DNA from: Promethearchaeota archaeon
GTDB lineage: Archaea > Asgardarchaeota > Lokiarchaeia > Sigyniarchaeales > SOKP01
Assembly: GCA_048937405.1 (NCBI GenBank)
Contig: JBHLNF010000004.1
Location: 192,001-256,000 of the forward strand
Reading direction: 5' to 3'
DNA length: 64,000 nucleotides
A model generated the notes under the pieces. The model had not been told where the DNA came from and ran no database searches. It was given only the letters and a program-made list of their open reading frames with translations. Shown piece after piece: positions 29,953-39,643 of the stretch. The translations under genes were made by a program, and so were the position numbers. Each line of letters opens with the position of its first letter. Position 1 is the first letter of the stretch.

Positions 29953-30579
29953 ATGGATTCATTAATAGATGCTATCAGAGACCTTCAAAACAGTGAAATA
30001 AAGGATTTGGTAAATAATAGAATTAAAGAGTTTAAAGAGCTGGGGAAAAAACCCATAGAAAGAATATTTAAGGAGCTGTGTTTTTGCATTATGACAGCAA
30101 ACTGCAGTGCTGAGAAATGTATTAAGGTACAAGATAAAATAGGAAATGGTTTCCTTACATTATCCGAAACACAATTACCATTAAGAATGAAAACTGAAAA
30201 ATATAGATTCTATAACATTCGGTCTAAATTTATTATTGAAGCCAGAGAAAAAATGAATCAACTAGAAGATATTATGAAATCCGAGAGTAATGCAAGAAAA
30301 CTAAGGGAATGGATCGTAAGAAATATAAAAGGTATTGGATATAAGGAAGCGAGCCATTTCTTAAGAAATATAGGATATGAGGAATTTGCAATAGTAGATT
30401 TTCACATTGCTGATATTTTAGCAAAACATAATATTGTTGAAAAACCAAAAACAATGACAAAAACAAAGTATCTCGAAATTGAGGAAAGCTTGAAAATTAT
30501 AGGTAATGAAGTAAATTTAAATATGGCCGAATTAGATCTTTATTTATGGTATTTAGAAACAGGAAGGATACTTAAATAA
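29953..30579 (+). CDS. ogg: 8-oxoguanine DNA glycosylase/AP lyase (OGG2); track start 29875 probably too far upstream
   Basis: ELCFCIMTAN, KGIGYKEASHFLRNIG, AIVDFHI, LDLYLWYLETGRILK. Confidence 0.92.
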   Translation: MDSLIDAIRDLQNSEIKDLVNNRIKEFKELGKKPIERIFKELCFCIMTANCSAEKCIKVQDKIGNGFLTLSETQLPLRMKTEKYRFYNIRSKFIIEAREKMNQLEDIMKSESNARKLREWIVRNIKGIGYKEASHFLRNIGYEEFAIVDFHIADILAKHNIVEKPKTMTKTKYLEIEESLKIIGNEVNLNMAELDLYLWYLETGRILK

Positions 30580-30682
30580 GAAAATTAACGTTTTAAGGGA
30601 GTGGGGGATTATCTTCAGGTTATTCTCCTTAAGAAAACTTTTAGTTAACAATTTTAAAATATTGGTAAAAAAAAGGATGTTT

Positions 30683-31366
30683 TTAGCTTTTTAAATCATA
30701 TCCACAGCCAGGACAAAATTGAGCTGCAGCATGAGGTATTTTTTCACCACAAGCAGGACAAAACTTAACACTATGAGTCTCTTCAATTGGAGTTGGTTGA
30801 GAGATTGGTTCACTTACCTTAGGTTCTTCTTTACTGATGGGTTTAGTTGCTATTTCCTCGGTACTAGTAATTTTACCGATAATAAATGCTAAAATTGAGA
30901 GTCCACCAGTTATAAATGGAGCAATTACCGCGTAGCTAGGATTAAAAATCCCCCAAAAATTACGAGGGTCATCATAACGGATTAAAAAGTACATCATGTA
31001 CCCTACTTGTGCTCCAACGATATAGTAAATAGTAGCTCCAATAGTTATAATACCTAGTGCTATCCAAGAGCCAGGAGGATCTTTATTTCTATGGGTGAGG
31101 GAGGAGATGAATATAATGATCGTACATATTAATAGAATTATAAAAGATATAGTTCCAACTATTATCAAGATTGGTATATTAGTAAATCCAAATGTGGGAC
31201 CCATCCCTCCTCCAAATACTACATAAAAACCAATCATATACAGAAAAGCTTGACCTGGTCCAGAAAGATTAACAGCCGCAGGAGTGCAAAAGCTAATTGC
31301 TGTAAGGATACTACCAATTAAAGGTAAAATCCAGAGATAATTTCTAACATTTGCCATATCATTCAA
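30683..31366 (-). CDS. Four-pass membrane protein with C-terminal zinc ribbon
   Basis: Hydrophobic segments plus FCPACG...FCPGCG. Confidence 0.8.
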   Translation of the reverse strand: MNDMANVRNYLWILPLIGSILTAISFCTPAAVNLSGPGQAFLYMIGFYVVFGGGMGPTFGFTNIPILIIVGTISFIILLICTIIIFISSLTHRNKDPPGSWIALGIITIGATIYYIVGAQVGYMMYFLIRYDDPRNFWGIFNPSYAVIAPFITGGLSILAFIIGKITSTEEIATKPISKEEPKVSEPISQPTPIEETHSVKFCPACGEKIPHAAAQFCPGCGYDLKS

Positions 31367-31598
31367 CTTATTTATTTAATTTTAATATATTGGAATTAGT
31401 TTTCATATATTATTTATGTGCTGATTTATGTTTATCTTCTTTCTTATTTAATACTTTACTTTCTAGTTTAATATAGGAACAAGTAAAATCCTAATAAATT
31501 TAGATTATACTTGAGGTTTTCAAACACGAGAAAAATTAATAAATGAATGAGTAATTTAGAGTTCCAATGGACATTGTATATAGAAAAATATTATAATA

Positions 31599-32279
31599 AT
31601 GAATAAAATGAATCCAACTTGTCATAAATGTAATAGTATTAATTTTTGTACCAGAGGAAAGTCAAATCATAATATTAAAAACTGTCCTATGGAAGTAAAC
31701 TCTGAAATTGAGGAAGAAGCGTTAAATCTTTATAAGTCTAATGAATTCATAAAAAAAGCAACAAAAGAGGCTTCTATAGTTGAAGCAACAGGATACATTT
31801 TGTGGCCTCGATTAAAAGATACTATAGAATTTGCTAAAGGAATGAATTTTAGAAAAATAGGTTTAGCCTTTTGTGTTGGATTACAAAGAGAGGCAAAAAG
31901 AACAGCAGAAATCATAGAAAAATATGGTTTTGAGGTATTCTCTGTGTGTTGCAAAACAGGGTCAATGAAAAAAACAGATGTAGGTGTTCCAGAAGAGTAT
32001 ACCAATATTTCAAAAACAGGGTATCCTATTGGTTCTATTTCATGTAATCCCGTTGCTCAAGCATTGCTTTTGAATAATGCTAAAACAGATTTAAACTTAA
32101 TAATTGGATTGTGTGTTGGACATGATATTACTTTTACACAACTTTCAAATGCTCCAGTCTCTACTTTAATTGCTAAAGATAGATCAAATCAGCATAATCC
32201 TGCAGCAGTCTTGTATACACACTATGGAGATTCATTTTTTACTAAAGATTTGTCAGTAATAAAAAGAGAACAAAAATAA
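31599..32279 (+). CDS. DUF1847 family metal-binding protein
   Basis: KIGLAFCVGL, SVCCKTG, CNPVAQA, GLCVGHD, KDR. Confidence 0.85.
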   Translation: MNKMNPTCHKCNSINFCTRGKSNHNIKNCPMEVNSEIEEEALNLYKSNEFIKKATKEASIVEATGYILWPRLKDTIEFAKGMNFRKIGLAFCVGLQREAKRTAEIIEKYGFEVFSVCCKTGSMKKTDVGVPEEYTNISKTGYPIGSISCNPVAQALLLNNAKTDLNLIIGLCVGHDITFTQLSNAPVSTLIAKDRSNQHNPAAVLYTHYGDSFFTKDLSVIKREQK

Positions 32280-32455
32280 GGTTTTATTGAGATGGTGAAT
32301 AAAAATTCTGGCAACTTATATAGTGTATCAAAAATTATACTCCAAACAATATTTATTTTATATACTAAGTAAATTTAAATAATAAAGTGTGAAAATCATC
32401 ATTAATACTCAGAAAATAAACGACGTGATCAAAGATAAGATACCCTAATATAGTA

Positions 32456-34291
32456 GTGGAATTCATTAAACAACTCCCTCAAGAGCATTACGGTTTAAAG
32501 AAGCTAATTAAAAAAAATTATAAAAGAATAGATTTTGGTAAATTAAAAACTACTAATTTAATTACTGATGGAACAAATATAGAAAATCTTTATACGCAAT
32601 TGATTAGTGAAATTTTATTTATGAATCCAGAAGCACTAGAAATGCTAAAGTATTTGTCTGTTATAAATACAAAAGTTGATACCAATATTAATAAAGTGGC
32701 ATTCGAAAATTCATATAAATCAAAAAAATTTAATAGTGATTTTGAAGTATTAATAAAGACAGGATTAATAAAAGCGAAAGAGGGAAAAGTAGAAATATAT
32801 GAATTTGCATTCCCATATCTTCAAGAAATATTAGAAACACAAGTTGATAAAAAATCCCATGAATATGCACTTAAATACTATGAAGTAAAAACTAAAAAAA
32901 TAAATGGTGATATTCTGGATGACATTGAGATTCTGTTTCATAAAGTGAAAGTAAATCCTACTGAAGAATTGATTAATGAGTTTCTTTCAATAGCAAATAG
33001 TATAGATCAACTTGATGAACATCATAAAAGATTAATTGATATTGGTTTAGAGTTGCTTATATTTGAAGATAAGTATAAAGCACCTATATTATTTATGCTT
33101 GGTAATATTTTATCTGCTATTGGAAATCCGGAGGATGCTGAGAAGATTTATCTTAATGCTATTAAAATTTTCAAGAAATTAGCAAAAAAATATTACAGAA
33201 TTTATTTACCCTATATTGCTGCAATTCAAAAAAACCTTGGAACCCTCTATACAGATTTAAAACGCTTTGAAGAAGCAGAACAAATATATAATAATGCCCT
33301 AAATTCATATAAAGAAATTGAGAGTAATTATTACAATGTATATACAGCTGATTTTGATAAAAAAGAGTATTCTAAAACAGATGACTCATATATTGATGAT
33401 TTAAAGACATATACTGATTTATTAGAAAAGAAATATGATATCTATTTACCTGAAGAACCTTCTACTACGAATGATTTAGGAAATGTTTGTATTGACTTAG
33501 ACTTGTTGGAAGATCTTCAAGATGGGACAATTGATTCTTTAGATAATTATAAGAAGTTAGCCCATATATGTTATCATACATATTTAGTTGATATTGCAAA
33601 AACCCAGAGTAATTTAGGAATAATTTACACGAATTTAAGGAGATATGAAGAAGCAGAAAAGATGCATCTGGAAGCGTTAAAAATTAAGAAAAAGGTAGCT
33701 GAGATTTATCCTGAGCAAGTTTTACCTGAATTAGCATTCACATTTTTAGATCTTGGTGATTTGTATGCTAGTCAAGATAGATTTCAGGAAGCTGAACCTA
33801 TGTTTAAGGATGCTTTAAAAATTTCAATAAGGTTAGTAAAAGAAAATCCAGATGTATATATGTATAATACAGCTCTTATTCAAAATTCCCTTGGAATTGT
33901 GTATACAAGATTAAAAAATTATGAATTAGCGGAAAATATGTATCTTGATGCTCTTAAGACATTTAAAATTTATGCAAAAGACAAACCTAAACCTTATATT
34001 TACAATGTTGCTGATGTCCAGAATAATCTTGGTAATTTGTATCTTATTTCAAGGGATCTTGAAAAAGCTCAATATTATCTTAATAAAGCTTTTAAAAAAG
34101 ATCCCAATAATGCTATAATATTATATAATATTGCTTGCCTTGAATCACTAAACAATAATCCAACAAAAGCCTTGGAAGTACTGACCAAATTAATTGCAAT
34201 TGATTATACTTACATCGAAAGAATAAAATCAGAGGCTAATTTTAATAATATTAAAGATTTAGAAGAATTCAAAGAGTTAATTAAAAAATAA
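32456..34291 (+). CDS. Tetratricopeptide repeat protein
   Basis: Repeated NLG.LY....RFEEAE..Y..AL units; C-terminal YNIACLESL. Confidence 0.88.
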   Translation: MEFIKQLPQEHYGLKKLIKKNYKRIDFGKLKTTNLITDGTNIENLYTQLISEILFMNPEALEMLKYLSVINTKVDTNINKVAFENSYKSKKFNSDFEVLIKTGLIKAKEGKVEIYEFAFPYLQEILETQVDKKSHEYALKYYEVKTKKINGDILDDIEILFHKVKVNPTEELINEFLSIANSIDQLDEHHKRLIDIGLELLIFEDKYKAPILFMLGNILSAIGNPEDAEKIYLNAIKIFKKLAKKYYRIYLPYIAAIQKNLGTLYTDLKRFEEAEQIYNNALNSYKEIESNYYNVYTADFDKKEYSKTDDSYIDDLKTYTDLLEKKYDIYLPEEPSTTNDLGNVCIDLDLLEDLQDGTIDSLDNYKKLAHICYHTYLVDIAKTQSNLGIIYTNLRRYEEAEKMHLEALKIKKKVAEIYPEQVLPELAFTFLDLGDLYASQDRFQEAEPMFKDALKISIRLVKENPDVYMYNTALIQNSLGIVYTRLKNYELAENMYLDALKTFKIYAKDKPKPYIYNVADVQNNLGNLYLISRDLEKAQYYLNKAFKKDPNNAIILYNIACLESLNNNPTKALEVLTKLIAIDYTYIERIKSEANFNNIKDLEEFKELIKK

Positions 34292-34490
34292 AAACCAACC
34301 TTATTATTTTAAGTTTTCTCTTCTTCACAAAAGTGGAAATAAAATAGCTTATAATATTCCAAATAATAAAGGTTCTATTTATTCTTGTAATAATAATGTA
34401 ATGTGAAAAGAATTTATTCTAGCAATCATTAGGAATTAGATATATTATAAATTAAAAATATTCCTTATATAAACAGAAGTGAAGAGAAAT

Positions 34491-36095
34491 ATGAGTAATT
34501 TAAAAGTACTTGTTCTAGATAATCTTGATCAGGTGGGAATTGATATATTTAATCGAGAGGGAATCCAAACGGATGTTAAAGGAAAACTAACTCCAGATGA
34601 ACTAAAACCTATTATCAATCAATATGATGGTATTGCTCTTCGAGGTGCCACAACTATAACTGCCGAAATATTTGAAAATATGTCTCGCTTGAAAGTAATT
34701 GGTCGAGCAGGTTCTGGAACAGATAATATTGACATAAAAACTGCTACAAAAAATGGTGTTGTGGTTATGAATGCTCCTGGGGGAAATACCATAACAACAG
34801 CAGAGCATGCAATTGCTTTAATGTTTGCTTTGGCTCGTCGAGTACCACAAGCTTCTGCGTCTATGAAGGAAGGAAAATGGGAGAAGAATAATTTTATAGG
34901 AACTGAACTTACGGATAAAACTTTGGGTATAATAGGAATTGGGAATATAGGAAAAATTGTGGCTGAGCGTGCTTTAGGTCTGAAAATGACGGTATTAGGA
35001 TATGATCCTTTTGTCTCTAAAAAAGAAATGCTAAAATTAGGGATTGAACCCGTTGACCTTGATGAACTATATAATCGTTCTGACTTTATTAGTTATCATA
35101 CACCCCTTACACCGGAAACAAAAGGAATGATCAATGCTCAGACAATTACCAAAATGAAAAAGGGTGTCTTTCTTGTAAATTGTGCACGAGGTGCCTTAAT
35201 CAATGAAAATGATCTTCTAGCTGCTCTTGAATCTGACCATGTTAAAGGTGTTGCTCTTGATGTTTTCCCTGTAGAACCACCTCCCTCAAATACATTACTT
35301 TATAATCATTCTAACGTAATTCTTACTCCTCACTTAGGTGCTTCAACTAATGAGGCTCAAGAAAAAGTTGCAGTTATGATAGCAGAACAAATTAGTGATT
35401 TTCTTAAGAAAGGGATCATTCGTAATTCAATTAATTTTCCTTCTGTGGCAGCAGAGCTACTCCCAATATTACAGCCCTACCTTTCCCTATGTGAAAGATT
35501 AGGATCATTTTTGGGACAAATTCTTGAAGATCCCCTAAATGAACTTCGAGTTGAATATTTAGGGAATGCATCAAATCTTAAGGTTGCTTCACTCACGCTT
35601 TCTGTCTTAAAGGGAATTCTTCAACACCAAATTGAAAATGTCAATTTAGTTAATTCTCGTATGATTGCTGAAGAACGTGGAATAAGAATTACAGAACTTA
35701 AATCAAATAAAGCAGATAATTACATGAGTTTAATTAGTGTAATTACCATCACTAATAAGGGTGAAATGTCGGTATCTGGAACTATCTTCGGGAAAGTCCC
35801 TAAAATCATACAAATCAACCATTTTCCAATTGAAGCCGAATTATCAGGAGGAATGTTAATGCTTGAAAACCAGGATGTTCCTGGTGTTGTTGGTAAAGTG
35901 GGAACTATCCTTGGAGAAAAAGCTATCAACATAGCAGGGCTTCAGCTTGGTCGTAAAGAGGTTGGGGGTATTGCCATATCTCTTATAAATGTTGATAATG
36001 TTGTGCCTGAGGGAGTACTTACTCAACTTGCAAAATTACCTCATGTTACCTCCGCTAAGTATCTAAGATTCTCTGAAAATTCTTCCCAAAGATAA
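34491..36095 (+). CDS. serA: D-3-phosphoglycerate dehydrogenase (type I, with ACT domain)
   Basis: RAGSGTDNID, NAPGGNTITTAEH, GIGNIG, NCARG, TPHLGAST, C-terminal DVPGVVG ACT domain. Confidence 0.95.
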   Translation: MSNLKVLVLDNLDQVGIDIFNREGIQTDVKGKLTPDELKPIINQYDGIALRGATTITAEIFENMSRLKVIGRAGSGTDNIDIKTATKNGVVVMNAPGGNTITTAEHAIALMFALARRVPQASASMKEGKWEKNNFIGTELTDKTLGIIGIGNIGKIVAERALGLKMTVLGYDPFVSKKEMLKLGIEPVDLDELYNRSDFISYHTPLTPETKGMINAQTITKMKKGVFLVNCARGALINENDLLAALESDHVKGVALDVFPVEPPPSNTLLYNHSNVILTPHLGASTNEAQEKVAVMIAEQISDFLKKGIIRNSINFPSVAAELLPILQPYLSLCERLGSFLGQILEDPLNELRVEYLGNASNLKVASLTLSVLKGILQHQIENVNLVNSRMIAEERGIRITELKSNKADNYMSLISVITITNKGEMSVSGTIFGKVPKIIQINHFPIEAELSGGMLMLENQDVPGVVGKVGTILGEKAINIAGLQLGRKEVGGIAISLINVDNVVPEGVLTQLAKLPHVTSAKYLRFSENSSQR

Positions 36096-36151
36096 TAAAT
36101 GAATTTCTATATCTAAAATTCTAAATAAAAAAAATTAATAATTTAAAAAGA

Positions 36152-37858
36152 TTAAATCCTTCTTACTGCTTTTCTTATCAAATTCCTTTTAACGTAGAGT
36201 GTAACTATAATAATTACTCCTAACAATGTTCCACAAAAGAGAAAAGTTATTTGAAAGCCAGGTATTCTATCTTCCTCAAATGTAACTAGTATTGTGGTTT
36301 CTTGATCATTGCCTATGGTATCTACAGCTCGAGCTGTGATATTATGAAGTCCCTTACTATAATCTGCAGTATCTAAACTATGAATTACTTCAGGATATGG
36401 GTAATATGATGGCATTGTTTCTTCTTTTAATAACATTTCATCAAAATAAATTTGTATTTTATCAAGTGCTTGGTCATCATCGCCCTCTACTGTAATATTT
36501 ACGATCCCACTTAATCCTGCCCCCGATTCAGGATTTGTAATTACTACCGTAGGATCAACATTATCTGCTGGAGCAATTCCATCTCCATTAATACTTACTT
36601 CAGTGGAAATAATTTGACTACCTCTTCCATTCACATCTTGAGCAAAAAATGACAGTTTATAGTTAGAACCAAGTGTTGGAGAATTTATCGACACTCTTCC
36701 AGAAAAATTTCCATTCCCATCAGGTGTTAATTTCCATTGAAAAGCAGGTTCATTCTCATCCCAAAGTCCCATTGATTCATTATCATTTGGTTCTGGGGGT
36801 GTCCAATCTTCAGATATTACTCTACAAGTCACATTTGCAATAGCCGTTGAATTATCAACTCCTATGGTAATTGGAAACGTTATCCTTTCGGGATTAAATG
36901 CTACCCAAAATTTTAAAGGAACAAACAGTACTTTTGGCAACGGAATAAAAAGAGGAAGACATCCTTGACATATAAAAGTATTTTTTGCATCGTTTCCATC
37001 TCCGGAACTTGGAAGCTGTCCCCAAGCATTTACTATATGTCCAACACCATCATGATTATCCTCAATACATGGGTTCTGCACTTCATAACCTAAAGCTTTA
37101 ATCTCATGATGAGCATCCACGAAAGCATCTCCAATGGAATTTCCTGCTAGAATAGAATTAAAAAGCCCTTCTCCAAACATCGAAATATGAGGAGGGATTG
37201 GACTCCACCATGCACTATATCCAGGTTCAGTTGAAGTCATAATTATTCTATCCGATTTACTTAAATCGTCTAACCAAGATCCAGAAGCACATGCTTCATA
37301 GATAACAATAATCCGATTACATCCAGAAGCTGCCTCAAAATCATCTAAATATTGATCAAGTTCCCAGGCAGCTAATGAAGTAAAAGGGGCCATTGACATT
37401 GCATCGGTTCCTCCATGATCATGTAAATAGACCGCTAAAACACCATTTGAACCAACCTTCTGTGGAGCCCATTCAGTAAATGCATATTCTAAATTATTAC
37501 GAGAACTCGCCGCATATTCCCGTGTAGTATATGTAACAGAATATAGTGGAACTAACATTAATATCTCATCTTGAGTATTGCCACATGCTAATGCTTGATC
37601 ATAAACCCATTCACATGTCAGTAACACTAAATCCCATGCTTCATGATCTGATCTATCTCCGCCAACAATGATCCAAGCATCTATACACTCGTATTGAGCA
37701 GTACTAGCTTTAACCGAATTATTGGAATTAGTTATAAATTGATTATCACTTAGATTTCCACTAGAATTATTTATAAGTATCATTTGTGTATTTGGTAGAA
37801 AAATTACGAGAATTGTTAAAATCATTAAAAACTTTATTTTTAAATTGAATTTCTTCAT
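36152..37858 (-). CDS. Secreted clan CD (C13/legumain-like) peptidase with Ig-like domain and C-terminal IPGF-TM-basic anchor
   Basis: Signal peptide; LHDHGG and YEACASGS dyad; DNVDPTVVITNP Ig-like repeat; IPGF+TM+KRNLIRK tail. Confidence 0.75.
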   Translation of the reverse strand: MKKFNLKIKFLMILTILVIFLPNTQMILINNSSGNLSDNQFITNSNNSVKASTAQYECIDAWIIVGGDRSDHEAWDLVLLTCEWVYDQALACGNTQDEILMLVPLYSVTYTTREYAASSRNNLEYAFTEWAPQKVGSNGVLAVYLHDHGGTDAMSMAPFTSLAAWELDQYLDDFEAASGCNRIIVIYEACASGSWLDDLSKSDRIIMTSTEPGYSAWWSPIPPHISMFGEGLFNSILAGNSIGDAFVDAHHEIKALGYEVQNPCIEDNHDGVGHIVNAWGQLPSSGDGNDAKNTFICQGCLPLFIPLPKVLFVPLKFWVAFNPERITFPITIGVDNSTAIANVTCRVISEDWTPPEPNDNESMGLWDENEPAFQWKLTPDGNGNFSGRVSINSPTLGSNYKLSFFAQDVNGRGSQIISTEVSINGDGIAPADNVDPTVVITNPESGAGLSGIVNITVEGDDDQALDKIQIYFDEMLLKEETMPSYYPYPEVIHSLDTADYSKGLHNITARAVDTIGNDQETTILVTFEEDRIPGFQITFLFCGTLLGVIIIVTLYVKRNLIRKAVRRI

Positions 37859-38272
37859 AATTACTCAATCTCTTATGAATAAATGGTGCATAGTAAATGA
37901 TCACAATGTACTATTTAAATCTATGGTAGAGTGGTAGAATTCAATTTTATCCAGAATTGAATAGAATAACTAAAATTAATCGGAGAGTTCTTAAAATTAA
38001 CCATTTTTACAGCCATAATTGTATAAAAACTAATTTTTTATCACTTGAATAATCATTTTTCACTAAATTTTCAGTGAAATCAGACAATGAATTTATATTT
38101 CCATAAAAATTTCAAAGGAGATTATAATGAAATTTAATAAAATTTGAAATTAGCTCAAGAAATTCCTTCTACTCTCAAACCATTCATTAATTAATATAGT
38201 TTAAAAAAAGCGAAAAGGTTATTTATCATTATAAAAGGATTTAAATTTTAATTCTACCATTTTACATTTGAG

Positions 38273-39484
38273 ATGGATGAATTTAGGTTTTTCTTTGCCT
38301 ATGAATTAGAAGATACAGGGGAAGGGAAAGAATTATTTTTCTCAGATAAAGATTTAGCACAGTTTCTTAAGCCTGAACAAGTTTTGTTGCTAATTCGAGA
38401 AGATCTGAGAAGAATTTTCATTTGGAAAGGTGCAAAATCCTCTGTAAAAAAGAGATTCATTAGTTCGAAAGTCGCCCGAGAGCTACAACAGGAAATATTG
38501 AAAGATGCTCGTTATCATCTATGTAAAATTATATCTGTTGATCAAGGAGATGAAGTTCAAGAATTTCTTGATGCATTTAATCTGGAATCAATGGAAGTGA
38601 AAGAAAAATTAGCAGACATGAAATATTTTCGCAACAGAGACAAACCAAAAGTTATCGAAAAGAATTTTTATCCTGAAGAGAGAGAATTTGTGATAAATGA
38701 GTATATTACATTAAAACTTATCAAAGGAAAAACAGAAATCTATGTTGCAGGAGAACCATTCCATCAATGTAAGTATCTTCTCTTAAATTTAACCAAAAAA
38801 GATTTTACAAAGTTCGATAATATTGATTCAATTGATCAAGCTTTTGAGATTTATAATAATTTGGATAAAAATCATGAAAAAGATCATAGTCTAATTGATC
38901 CCGAATCTGAATTCATTGGACATTGTTCTAATCTCCAAGCGTGGTATGAGCATGACTATGATCTCAGGATTCTGCACAGTAGCTTATCTATCCCATTACT
39001 GAAAAAAATTGCATTCTTAGGAGATAAAAAAGCAATAATACGATTGAAGGAAAGCATAGCAACTAGAATTGCTACAAGAAATTATAATACTATTATATTC
39101 TATCTAAATGAGCAATATCTTAGACTCTTTTCCAACGAAGAATTAGAAGTGATGTTTGAAGACTGGCTTGATAAAAAAGTGATTTTCACCCTCATGGAAA
39201 AAAGAAGGATATGGTATCCTCTCCTTAAAGAAATGATTGAAAGAGGAATTTCAAGAGCTCAAGAAATTATCAAGAGAGAGATCATTTTATATTTAAAAGA
39301 GGATAATTTTGAAGCTTATCGATATTTATTACAGAAAGATTTCTTCCGGCTTCTTACCCTGAAGGATCTTGAGGAGCTTTATGATCTCATTCCAAAGAAA
39401 GATAAGGTCGCCCTAAGACGTATTGAACAACTAATTCTCAAATTAAATCTTAAAAAGAGAAGAAACTTAAATGTAGAAAACTGA
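38273..39484 (+). CDS. Gelsolin-like domain fused to a Loki-type uncharacterised domain
   Basis: IFIWKGAKSSVKKRFISS...SVDQGDEVQEFL; then EFVINEYITLKL...FIGHCSNLQAWYEHDYD. Confidence 0.75.
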   Translation: MDEFRFFFAYELEDTGEGKELFFSDKDLAQFLKPEQVLLLIREDLRRIFIWKGAKSSVKKRFISSKVARELQQEILKDARYHLCKIISVDQGDEVQEFLDAFNLESMEVKEKLADMKYFRNRDKPKVIEKNFYPEEREFVINEYITLKLIKGKTEIYVAGEPFHQCKYLLLNLTKKDFTKFDNIDSIDQAFEIYNNLDKNHEKDHSLIDPESEFIGHCSNLQAWYEHDYDLRILHSSLSIPLLKKIAFLGDKKAIIRLKESIATRIATRNYNTIIFYLNEQYLRLFSNEELEVMFEDWLDKKVIFTLMEKRRIWYPLLKEMIERGISRAQEIIKREIILYLKEDNFEAYRYLLQKDFFRLLTLKDLEELYDLIPKKDKVALRRIEQLILKLNLKKRRNLNVEN

Positions 39485-39643
39485 TTAATTGTAATAATGA
39501 CCATGTTTTTTGTTTTATATAATAATTAAACTAATCATGCTTTCAATTAATTTTTTCAAAGGATTTTTCATTGAAATCAGATTCTGAATTTACCTTTCCA
39601 TACCAATATAAAATTCGTTAAACGTCCAGCATTGAAAAAAACA

